A stretch of DNA of 64,000 nt. It comes from Verrucomicrobiia bacterium. GTDB lineage: Bacteria > Verrucomicrobiota > Verrucomicrobiia > Limisphaerales > UBA11358. The translations under genes were made by a program, and so were the position numbers. Shown one piece after another: positions 28,839 to 37,302 of the stretch. Each line of letters starts with the position of its first letter. Position 1 is the first letter of the stretch. Where the stretch lies: positions 29,031-93,030 of the forward strand of contig JBAPQW010000041.1 of the NCBI GenBank assembly GCA_049280815.1, read 5' to 3'. The notes under the pieces were generated by a model. That model was not told the DNA's origin, made no database searches, and was given only the letters and a program-made list of their open reading frames with translations.

Positions 28839-29882
28839 ATGGAGTTTAACCCAATCTGTCCGATTCCGATCCAACAGTACCCGAACGTGTTGATGGCGCA
28901 CGGTGGCGGCGGCAGGCTGATGCACCAGCTCATCAGCAAAATGTTTCTGACGGCCTTCGACCATCCGTTGCGCGAAACGCAGCACGACTCGGCGGTGGTG
29001 GAATGGACCGCCAACAAGCTCGCGTTTACCACCGATTCCTATGTGGTGCGCCCGATTTTGTTCCCCGGCGGTGACATCGGTTCAATGGCCGTGCACGGCA
29101 CGGTGAACGACCTCGCCATGAGCGGCGCGCGCCCGCTTTACCTCAGCAGCGCGTTCATCCTCGAAGAAGGGCTGCCGATGGAAACGCTCTGGCGCGTGGT
29201 CTGCTCGATGCGCGATGCGGCGCAACGGTGCGGCGTACACATCATCACCGGCGATACCAAGGTCGTCGACAAGGGCAAGGGCGACGGCCTGTTCATCAAC
29301 ACCGCCGGCATCGGGGTCGTTGAACACGAACAAAAAATTGCGCCGCAAAATGTCCGGCCCGGCGACGTGGTCATGGTCAACGGCGATCTGGGGCGGCACG
29401 GCATGGCCATCATGGCCGTGCGCGAGGGCCTGGAATTTGAAAGCCAGATCGACAGTGATTCCGCGCCGGTGGCGGATCTCGTGCTGCAGCTTTTGAAAGC
29501 CGGAATCGAAATTCACTGTCTGCGCGACCTGACACGTGGCGGCCTGGCCAGCGCGCTCAACGAAATCGCCGAAGCTGCGGGCGTTAAAATCGCCGTCGAG
29601 GAAACATCCGTGCCGGTGCGCGAGGACGTTCACGCTGCATGCGAGATGCTCGGGCTCGACCCGCTGCAGGTCGCGTGCGAGGGACGGTTTGCCGCATTCA
29701 TTGCGGCCAAGGACGCGGACCGGGCATTGCAAATCATGCGTGGAGACGCCATGGGAACCGGGGCGGCGGTGATTGGCCTGGTCCGGGAGCCTTCAGGTGC
29801 CTTGGTCACGCTGAAAAGCGCCGTTGGCGTGGGCCGGATTCTGGACATGCCGAGCGGCGAGCAATTGCCCCGGATTTGTTGA
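28839..29882 (+). CDS. hypE: hydrogenase expression/formation protein HypE
   Basis: AHGGGG near the N-terminus, an AIR-synthase-like fold and the C-terminal PRIC. ATG 28839 is preferred over TTG 28815. Confidence 0.9.
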   Translation: MEFNPICPIPIQQYPNVLMAHGGGGRLMHQLISKMFLTAFDHPLRETQHDSAVVEWTANKLAFTTDSYVVRPILFPGGDIGSMAVHGTVNDLAMSGARPLYLSSAFILEEGLPMETLWRVVCSMRDAAQRCGVHIITGDTKVVDKGKGDGLFINTAGIGVVEHEQKIAPQNVRPGDVVMVNGDLGRHGMAIMAVREGLEFESQIDSDSAPVADLVLQLLKAGIEIHCLRDLTRGGLASALNEIAEAAGVKIAVEETSVPVREDVHAACEMLGLDPLQVACEGRFAAFIAAKDADRALQIMRGDAMGTGAAVIGLVREPSGALVTLKSAVGVGRILDMPSGEQLPRIC

Positions 29883-29946
29883 TGGCCCGCCGGCGGTTCT
29901 CAAACGCTTGCTTGTCGTCCCCGCATTTTTTGTTACGCTGCGCGGA

Positions 29947-30996
29947 ATGCAAAAAATTCTTCTCGGCCTGTGGCTGGCCCTGCTCTGGCCTGCTGCCGGT
30001 GCGGAAATAAAAATTGATTTCAGCGACATGCCGGCCGGCCGGATGCCGGCCAATTTCCACCCGGTGCTGGCGGGCGGCGGCCCGCCTGGCGAATGGAAGA
30101 TAGTCATGGCCGAGGTGCCACCGCTGCTGGCGCCGCTTTCGCCGCAGGCTCCCGTGGTCGCGCACCGCGCCGTGGTCGCGCAAACCAGCGCTGACCCGAC
30201 TGACGAGCGGTTTCCCATGTTGATTTACGACGGCGAGACGTTCAAGGATTTCACTTTAACGACCCGGTTCAAGATCGTCAGCGGCATCACCGAGCAAATG
30301 GCCGGCGTCGTGTTCCGCTTTCAAAACGAATCTAATGGTTACGTCATCCGCGCCAGCGCGTTGGGACACAACATACGTTTTTACAAGGTTGTAAACGGCG
30401 TCCGATCCGATCCCATCGGTCCGGGGGCGGATGTTTCCGCCGGGGTCTGGCACACGCTGACGGTGCAGTGCGAGGGCAATCAAATCACCTGCTGGCTGGA
30501 CGACAGGCTGGTGATGCCGCCGCTGCAGGACAATTCGTTTACCGCCGGCAAAATTGGTTTTCGCACCAAGTCCGACACGGTGGGCTATTTTGGCGACACG
30601 ACCATCAGTTACACGCCAATGGTGCCGCTGGTCCAGGCGGTACTGCAAGGCATCCTGAAGGAACAACCGCGCATCCTTGGGCTGCGTATTTACACCCTCG
30701 ACGCCAAAGGCCAGCCGCGCGTCATCGCCAGCAAACTGGAAACCGAAATCGGCCAGCCTGGCACCGACGCCGAGAAGAACGCCATCACGGATGGCACGGT
30801 ATCCTTTGGGCGCACCAAGGGCACGGTGGTGCTCTCCCTGCCATTGCGCGATCGCAACGGCGACCCGATGGCGGCGGTGCGGGTGGAGTTGAAATCATTT
30901 CTGGGCGAAACCCAGGACAACGCGTTCACCCGCGCCGCGATGATTGTGAACACCGTCCAGGGGCGGATCACGTCGAAGGAAGATTTGGCGGAATAG
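29947..30996 (+). CDS. secreted concanavalin-A-like (DUF1080/LamG-like) domain protein
   Basis: Signal peptide MQKILLGLWLALLWPAAGA. FKDFTLTTRFKIVSG...GVVFRFQNESNGYVIRA...WHTLTVQCEGNQITCWLDD resembles DUF1080-type jelly-roll domains. Confidence 0.45.
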   Translation: MQKILLGLWLALLWPAAGAEIKIDFSDMPAGRMPANFHPVLAGGGPPGEWKIVMAEVPPLLAPLSPQAPVVAHRAVVAQTSADPTDERFPMLIYDGETFKDFTLTTRFKIVSGITEQMAGVVFRFQNESNGYVIRASALGHNIRFYKVVNGVRSDPIGPGADVSAGVWHTLTVQCEGNQITCWLDDRLVMPPLQDNSFTAGKIGFRTKSDTVGYFGDTTISYTPMVPLVQAVLQGILKEQPRILGLRIYTLDAKGQPRVIASKLETEIGQPGTDAEKNAITDGTVSFGRTKGTVVLSLPLRDRNGDPMAAVRVELKSFLGETQDNAFTRAAMIVNTVQGRITSKEDLAE

Positions 30997-31003
30997 CGGC
31001 CGT

Positions 31004-31894
31004 TCAGGGTTTCGCGGGGGAGGGCGTGGGAGCTGGCGCGGGAATTAGACCGGGTGCCATCACCATTGGCATGTCGGTTGGTTTCACCCGGCGCACCCCG
31101 CCGAGGACCGTGATATTGCCCTGGTCATCGGTTTGCAACCGTGGCCGAGTGGTGAAATAATCGTAATTTTCCTGCTCAACAAAGTCGCCGGCAGGATTGA
31201 CCACCGTGTAAGTGAAGACCCGCGCGCCGCTTTGATAAATCACGTGCAGATTGTTGAGGCGGTCCAGTTGCGCCTCCGGTTGGCTGAACGAAACCATCGG
31301 GCCAATGGCCCGGACCTTGAAGACTTGCCGTTCGGCATCGTCGCTTACCTGCACATACATCCGCAGTTGCGAATGAAGATAATTCGCCTGTTCCAGGGTG
31401 TATTTGCGGGCCTCGGGGGCGCCATTCGTTGCTCCGGCGGCGGCGGGAATGCCGAACGATTGCGACCACAATTTCGCCCCGTCAATCACTTCGAAGTTTT
31501 GGGGCGGACTGGGGATGTCCACGTTCCAATCCTTGATGTGCAGCGTGGCGACGATGCGATAACCGCCCTGCCGCGTCAGCTTGAAATAAGGCGCCACATC
31601 CACGGCCTTGGTGGCCATTTGCGACGAATCCAGATCAAACTCACCCTGCACCGGCGCGTCAGCATACTTGGTCACCACGTAATCATCCACCGCCGTCACG
31701 CTAAACGTAACCCAGTTCGGGTCGGCGCCCAGATGCAGCAGCTGGCCGGAACGGTTTGTAACCCGCACCTTCACCAGCAACGATTCACTGGGCAGAAATT
31801 GTGACTGATCCATCAGCAGCTCCACGGTGATCTGCGCGGACGCGCTAAACCAGGTCAACCACACCAGTCCAAAAATGGCCAATGAAAATTTCAT
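31004..31894 (-). CDS. secreted hypothetical protein
   Basis: Signal peptide MKFSLAIFGLVWLTWFSASAQ and a Pro-rich C-terminus. I recognise no family. It lies downstream of P3 on the same strand. Confidence 0.55.
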   Translation of the reverse strand: MKFSLAIFGLVWLTWFSASAQITVELLMDQSQFLPSESLLVKVRVTNRSGQLLHLGADPNWVTFSVTAVDDYVVTKYADAPVQGEFDLDSSQMATKAVDVAPYFKLTRQGGYRIVATLHIKDWNVDIPSPPQNFEVIDGAKLWSQSFGIPAAAGATNGAPEARKYTLEQANYLHSQLRMYVQVSDDAERQVFKVRAIGPMVSFSQPEAQLDRLNNLHVIYQSGARVFTYTVVNPAGDFVEQENYDYFTTRPRLQTDDQGNITVLGGVRRVKPTDMPMVMAPGLIPAPAPTPSPAKP

Positions 31895-31982
31895 CTGAAC
31901 ATGGATACTCTAAACGGCAACCGGCTCATGGCAATCTTAAACCGCAGGACGCGTGGGTGCCTTGCCAGCCGCCACCAACATT

Positions 31983-32014
31983 GCGGGCCGACGGATTTTC
32001 ATCCGGCGGCCCGC
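31983..32014 (-). terminator. stem-loop after the P3 stop codon
   Basis: gcgggccgacgg-N8-ccggcggcccgc forms a 12-bp stem with one mismatch. It lies 45 nt from the stop at 32059. Confidence 0.4.
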
Positions 32015-32058
32015 GTTTTCCCCCAAGTTGTTTAGGCGATTATGTGGAACCGGTGCTT

Positions 32059-35000
32059 TTATTGCACCTGCACCCGGAAGAAACAATGTGGAGTGCCGCT
32101 GACACTGTTCGTCACAGAAACCATCGTGCCGGTCCCCGCCACAGACCCACCGACCGGGGCCCAGGTGGCAACCGGGAGGTTGGTGGAACACTCGAGTTGA
32201 TAGGTCTGATTTGAAAACGTCTGCCAGCTGACGACGAATTGTTGTGTTCCATTGACGTTGACTGTGGCACCGGTCAGTTGCGGGGCCGCGATCACCTTAA
32301 GGCTTCCACTCACATATTGAATCGTGTAGTTGGCAGCTCCCGCACCGCTGGCGGTGATCGGATAATTACCGGCGCCACTCGCTGTGGTTGCCGTCGTATT
32401 CAATACCACTGGGGGCGATAATATGCTGGTGTCGTCGCCACTGGCAAAACCGTTGTAACTGGCGGTCAGCGGCGGATTGGGCATCCCGTAAATCTTGGTC
32501 TTGGCGTCGGCTGCCACTGTCAATATCGCCTTGCCGATCACCAAGGTGTTGGTGGCGCTGCCCTGGTAATTGACATCATTGATCGTGCCGATGACCGTGT
32601 AGCTGCCGGCGCTGACGGGAACCGTGGCTGAACCATTGTACGTAAAGCTCACCGCCAAACCGTTCGGGGTTGTCGTCGCCGCCGCCGGCTTAAAGGTGCC
32701 ATCATAGGTCTGGCTGAGACCGCTGAGCGAAATCGAGCTGGCAGCCTTGTTGATCACCAGCATGTTGGTGGCGCTGCCCTGGTAATTGGCGTCATTGATG
32801 GTGCCGGTCACGGTGTAGCTGCCGGCATTGGTGGGAACCGTGGCCGAACCGTTGTAGGTAAATGTCACCGCCAACCCGCCTGGAGTTGTTGTCGCCGTTG
32901 CTGGCTCGGCTGAACCATTGTAAGTCTGGCTCAAGCTGCCCAGCACGATTGAACCCGAAGCCTTGATGATAACGCCCGCGGTGCTGGACACAATACTGAC
33001 AGTGTAATTATTGCCGCTGTTGCCGTCGTTGATCGCGTAAGAGCTGATACTCAGGGTCTTGCCTGCGCCCGCGTCCGGCGTGTCGTAAGTCTCGGCCAGG
33101 CCGCTCACGGTGTCGCTGCCCTGCAGACCGCTGGTTGTCGGAGTCGCCGAGGCAATGGTCGACCCGTCATAAATCTTGGTGTTCGCCACCGCCGTAATGG
33201 TCAAAGTTGCTGCTGTAATGTCCGCCGCCAGGCCCGTTGGCTGAGTCAGTGTGTAATTGCCGGCATCCGTCCCGGTGATGGCATATCCGCCCGCGGAAAC
33301 CGGAATGCCCGTCCCCACGTTCGGATTGGCAAACGCGGCGCTCACGTCGCCCGTGAACAGGCTCACATCATCACCACTCACCCCTCCGTTCAAAGTTGCC
33401 GTGCCGTTCAATTGCGCATTCGTTGTTCCATCATACACTTTGGCGGCTGCCACCACGCCACTCACGGTCAATCCGGCGGTGGCGACGTTCGCCGTCACGT
33501 TCGTTGGATCAGCCAGGGTGTAATTGGCCGCCGCCGCGCCGCCCAGCGCCAGCCCCGACACCGTCACTGGCTTGTTCGTGTTGACATTTTTGTCCGCAAA
33601 ATATGCCACAGCATTGCTGGTGACCAGGGCCACGTCGTCTCCGTTCAGCACGCCCGCCAAACCGGCATTGCTCGCATCCAGCGTGGCATTCGTCGTGCCG
33701 TCATACACCTTGTCCAAGGCCAGCAGATTCGTTACGGTCAGCGCCAGCGCGCTCACCGTGATGTTCACGGAACCGCTCGCACCGGCCAGCGTGTAGTTGC
33801 CCGCCGCCGCGCCGCCCAACGTCAGCGCACCAAAGGACGTGATTGCCTCTGACCCGGCATTCGCGCTGGCCAGCGTGCCGCTGCCCGAGGCCACCGTCAC
33901 GTTGTCGCTGCCAATCTTGTTCGCCACCGACAAAATTTCCGCCGCCACCGTCGTTGTTCCGTCATAAGACCGGCTGCCCGTCAAATTTACCGGCAGTGCG
34001 TTGATCGTCAGCGCCGTCGCATTCCCGGCCGCCTGGACGAACGTGTAGTTGCCATTGTTGGCCGTCAATCCGGCACCATTGATCGCATAGCTACCCACGC
34101 CGCTGGACGAAGTCGCCGCCGGCGTGAACGTCAGCGTGCCCGTCGTCGCATTGCCTTGGTTGTCCGTTCCTAAAAATCCAGTCACCGAACCGCTCACACC
34201 AGGTACCACCGATCCGTAAGTCGTGCTCGCAGGGTTCGCAGTGTACATCAGTGTTGCCGCGTTAATGACGAGCGAGTTGGTGGCACTGCCCTGGTAATTG
34301 GCGTCATTGATGGTGCCGACCACGGTGTAGCTGCCGGCGCTGGTGGGAACGGTAACCGAACCGTTGTAGGTAAATGTCACTGCCAAACCGCTCGGAGTCG
34401 TGGTCGCCGTCGCCGGCTCGGCAGAACCACTGTAGGTCTGGCTGAGGCTGCCCAACACGATTGAGCTGGAAGCCTTGCTGATGACGAGCGAGTTGGTGGC
34501 GCTGCCCTGGTAATTGGCGTCATTGATGGTGCCAACCACCGTGTAGCTGCCGGCGCTGGTGGGAACAGTCGCCGAACCGTTGTAGGTAAATGTCACTGCC
34601 AAACCGCTCGGAGTCGTGGTCGCCGTCGCCGGCTCGGCAGAACCACTGTAGGTCTGGCTGAGGCTGCCCAACACGATTGAGCTGGAAGCTTTGCTGATGA
34701 CGAGCGAGTTGGTGGCGCTGCCCTGGTAATTGGCGTCATTGATGGTGCCAACCACGGTGTAGCTGCCGGCGCTGGTGGGAACGGTAACCGAACCGTTGTA
34801 GGTAAATGTCACTGCCAGCCCGCTTGGGATCGTGGTCGCCGTCGCTGCTTTGGCCGTGCCATCATACGTCTGGCTCAGACTTCCAAGGGTTACGGTGGCG
34901 CTACCTTTGCTGACCGTCAAAGTCGCGTTGTTGGTCACGGTTCCCATGGCCCCGCTCACGATGACGCCATAGGTCGCCGCGTCGCTGGTGCCCACGTTGG

Positions 35001-35976
35001 TCAAGGACAGGCTGCTGTTCGTCTGGCCACTGACAATCGAACCGTTCCTCAGCCAGACATAGCCATATGGTGGCGTGCCTGAGGCTACCGTGCTGAACAC
35101 GACAGTGTTTCCCGCCACGGTCGTCTGGTTTGATGGTCCCGTCGCACTCACCGGCACGGTGAGATTGGTGATCGCCTGGGGGACATTGCCCGAGAAGTTG
35201 AAGTTGGAGGGGAAATTGGTGCCGGCACCGACCAGGTTGATGGTGATTTGGTGAGTGCTGCCATTCGCATTGGTTCCACCGGTCACGAAACTGTTCAGGT
35301 CGAGGGTCGCCAATTCGGGGATCGGATTGGTGACAGATCCCAGTTTGATGAAGACCCCGTACGTGTACTGGCTTCCATTCTCAAGCGTCAGGTAGGGGTA
35401 GCCGACGGCCTCTCCCATCCACGTTGCCGCGCCGTTTGTGGTATTGACCCGATAGATGTCAGTGTTCGTGCTCGTATTGCTGACGTAGAGATTGCCGTCC
35501 TGTGCAAAGCGGATGTTCTGGCCGGTAGTGCCCAGGTTGCGGGGGGTGCCATAACTTCCGATCAAAGTTGCCGTCCCATTGGTGGTATTGATCGTGTACA
35601 GCTTGCTCGACGTGGCTCCGAACAGCACTCCGTCACTTTGGCGGAAGGCCAACGATTCGATGCCGCTCACACTAAAATTAGCGACCAGGGCGACAGCGCC
35701 GTTGGTTTTATTGAACGCCACCAGGGCCGTGGTGTTGGAGATGCCATACAACATCCCGTTTGTGGGGCAGTAAGCAATGTCGTTCATCACCGTACTGCCA
35801 TACGAGGAAATCTTGGTGAAGGTGCCGTTCAACAGGTTAATCGTGCCGAAACGATTGGTAGACTGGTTGTACTCGGCGGCATAAACGACGACATTGTTCT
35901 GCGCCCAAGCGGGCATGGCGAAGCTGCCGGCTCCCAGCACGGCGCCGATTACCAACCACATCCATGACTTTTTCAT
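32059..35976 (-). CDS. giant secreted surface protein P3: beta-propeller-like N-domain, Ig I-set-like domain, many MBG/YDG repeats and a FFRV-type C-terminal domain
   Basis: Signal peptide MKKSWMWLVIGAVLGAGSFAMPAWA (ATG 35976; the track ORF starts at GTG 36036). Repeated motifs are LSQTY.G.A.PATATTTPSGLAVTFTYNGS and KVYDGTTNA. The C-terminus is FVVSWQTFSNQTYQLECSTNLPVATW...CFFRVQVQ. Confidence 0.85.
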   Translation of the reverse strand: MKKSWMWLVIGAVLGAGSFAMPAWAQNNVVVYAAEYNQSTNRFGTINLLNGTFTKISSYGSTVMNDIAYCPTNGMLYGISNTTALVAFNKTNGAVALVANFSVSGIESLAFRQSDGVLFGATSSKLYTINTTNGTATLIGSYGTPRNLGTTGQNIRFAQDGNLYVSNTSTNTDIYRVNTTNGAATWMGEAVGYPYLTLENGSQYTYGVFIKLGSVTNPIPELATLDLNSFVTGGTNANGSTHQITINLVGAGTNFPSNFNFSGNVPQAITNLTVPVSATGPSNQTTVAGNTVVFSTVASGTPPYGYVWLRNGSIVSGQTNSSLSLTNVGTSDAATYGVIVSGAMGTVTNNATLTVSKGSATVTLGSLSQTYDGTAKAATATTIPSGLAVTFTYNGSVTVPTSAGSYTVVGTINDANYQGSATNSLVISKASSSIVLGSLSQTYSGSAEPATATTTPSGLAVTFTYNGSATVPTSAGSYTVVGTINDANYQGSATNSLVISKASSSIVLGSLSQTYSGSAEPATATTTPSGLAVTFTYNGSVTVPTSAGSYTVVGTINDANYQGSATNSLVINAATLMYTANPASTTYGSVVPGVSGSVTGFLGTDNQGNATTGTLTFTPAATSSSGVGSYAINGAGLTANNGNYTFVQAAGNATALTINALPVNLTGSRSYDGTTTVAAEILSVANKIGSDNVTVASGSGTLASANAGSEAITSFGALTLGGAAAGNYTLAGASGSVNITVSALALTVTNLLALDKVYDGTTNATLDASNAGLAGVLNGDDVALVTSNAVAYFADKNVNTNKPVTVSGLALGGAAAANYTLADPTNVTANVATAGLTVSGVVAAAKVYDGTTNAQLNGTATLNGGVSGDDVSLFTGDVSAAFANPNVGTGIPVSAGGYAITGTDAGNYTLTQPTGLAADITAATLTITAVANTKIYDGSTIASATPTTSGLQGSDTVSGLAETYDTPDAGAGKTLSISSYAINDGNSGNNYTVSIVSSTAGVIIKASGSIVLGSLSQTYNGSAEPATATTTPGGLAVTFTYNGSATVPTNAGSYTVTGTINDANYQGSATNMLVINKAASSISLSGLSQTYDGTFKPAAATTTPNGLAVSFTYNGSATVPVSAGSYTVIGTINDVNYQGSATNTLVIGKAILTVAADAKTKIYGMPNPPLTASYNGFASGDDTSILSPPVVLNTTATTASGAGNYPITASGAGAANYTIQYVSGSLKVIAAPQLTGATVNVNGTQQFVVSWQTFSNQTYQLECSTNLPVATWAPVGGSVAGTGTMVSVTNSVSGTPHCFFRVQVQ
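34262..34918 (-). repeat. three tandem 219-bp near-identical coding repeats (MBG modules) inside P3
   Basis: Units 34262-34480 and 34481-34699 differ at only a handful of positions by eye. The third unit, 34700-34918, is slightly more diverged. Two further diverged units lie at 32536-32970. Confidence 0.85.
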
Positions 35977-36041
35977 ATCTTTTTCCTGTTTGACCCAAGT
36001 TTTCGCACCCGGTTTCCAATCCAATTGATTCTTCACCTCGT

Positions 36042-36135
36042 TATTTAACAGAAACGGCGCAAAACGTAATGGATTAGGGACACAATGCGGGATTTGAGGG
36101 GTGAATCGCGCCTGGTAAGGGGCGGAATTCGGAGG
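36042..36135 (-). promoter_or_regulatory. conserved upstream element E3
   Basis: TATTTAACAGAAACGGCGCAAAACGTAATGGATTAGGGACACAATGCGGGATTTGAGGGGTGAATCGCGCC lies between the LytTR regulator stop and P3. Confidence 0.65.
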
Positions 36136-36181
36136 AAACGGAGGGAAAACAAGGCCGGACGGCCCAGGTCATCTCACCGAC

Positions 36182-36949
36182 TTAGGGCATGACGCCCAGT
36201 TGCCGGAGCTGTTCCCGATAACCCCGGGTGAGCGTTACGCGGGTGCCATTGCGGAGCGAAACCATGTATTCGCCGTGAAACATGGGATGCAATTCCTTGA
36301 CCGACTCGATGTTCACGATGGTCGAGCGGCTGATGCGGACAAAACGATCCGGGGGAAGTTTTTCCTCCAGAGCGGTCATGGTTTCGCGCAGCATATGCGT
36401 TTCACTGCCAACGTACAGCTTCACATAATTGTCCGCCGCCTCCACCAAATCGATATCCGTCAGGCGCAGGAACACAATGCGCCCGTTGGACTTGACGGCC
36501 AGCCGCTCCGGATATTTTGAACCGGCCTTCAGATCGTTCAGCAAACCGTCCAGTTTCTGCTGGATTTCACCGGTCTGATTGCTCTGAATTTGTTGCCGGG
36601 CCCGTTGCACCGCCGATCGCAAGCGCGCCAGCTGGCAGGGTTTCATCAGGTAATCCAGGGCGTGCGCTTCAAAAGCCTTCAACGCAAAATCATCGCGCCC
36701 CGTCACAAAGATGATGACCGGCATCCGCGGAAGCTTGATCTGGGCGACCACTTCGAAGCCGTCCAGTTCGGGCATTTGCACGTCGAGAAATACCAGGTCG
36801 GGCGCCAGCTCATTGATGGATTCGACGGCTTGGCGGCCGCTGGCGGCCGTCCCGATGATCTCGATGTCCGGCTCGGAATGGTGGAGCATGTCCCGCAATA
36901 CCGCCAACCCGGTCGCCTGGTCATCCACGAGTAAAGCACGAATTTTCAT
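36182..36949 (-). CDS. LytR/AlgR-family response regulator (REC + LytTR DNA-binding domain)
   Basis: REC: MKIRALLVDDQ and DLVFLDVQMPELDG. LytTR: FLRLTDIDLVEAADNYVKLYVG...FVRISRSTIVNI. ATG 36949 is preferred over TTG 36970. Confidence 0.85.
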   Translation of the reverse strand: MKIRALLVDDQATGLAVLRDMLHHSEPDIEIIGTAASGRQAVESINELAPDLVFLDVQMPELDGFEVVAQIKLPRMPVIIFVTGRDDFALKAFEAHALDYLMKPCQLARLRSAVQRARQQIQSNQTGEIQQKLDGLLNDLKAGSKYPERLAVKSNGRIVFLRLTDIDLVEAADNYVKLYVGSETHMLRETMTALEEKLPPDRFVRISRSTIVNIESVKELHPMFHGEYMVSLRNGTRVTLTRGYREQLRQLGVMP

Positions 36950-37302
36950 TTTGCTGTTCGATGCTGCCAATCCGGCAATTTATTTTCGTTCAAAGTGTCA
37001 AATCCTGACAATGTGTTTAATACTGAAAAACATGAGCAGTTGCCATGCCTCGGCCGCCTCTGATTGGCGGTGATGTCTTGAATTTGGATTCAATTATTTC
37101 AGAACCCCGGAAACCCCATAAAAACCAAGACAACCAACTGAAAGTCTAAAAAATATCCAATAAAGGCCCGTGGCATTTTCTTTAATTTGGACACGGTAGT
37201 TCGGTTCCCTTGACAGTGTCCCCGGCTGACCTGGTCAAGTTGGGTGAGGCAATTTAAATTCACGGCCGCCTCTGCCGGCCAATAAACCGCTCGTCCGCCT
37301 CG

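Noticed and set aside
32536-34918. Possible CRISPR-like array, because of regularly spaced near-identical repeats.
   Set aside because: The units are 219 bp, directly abutting without spacers, in frame, and encode MBG protein modules. There are no cas genes.
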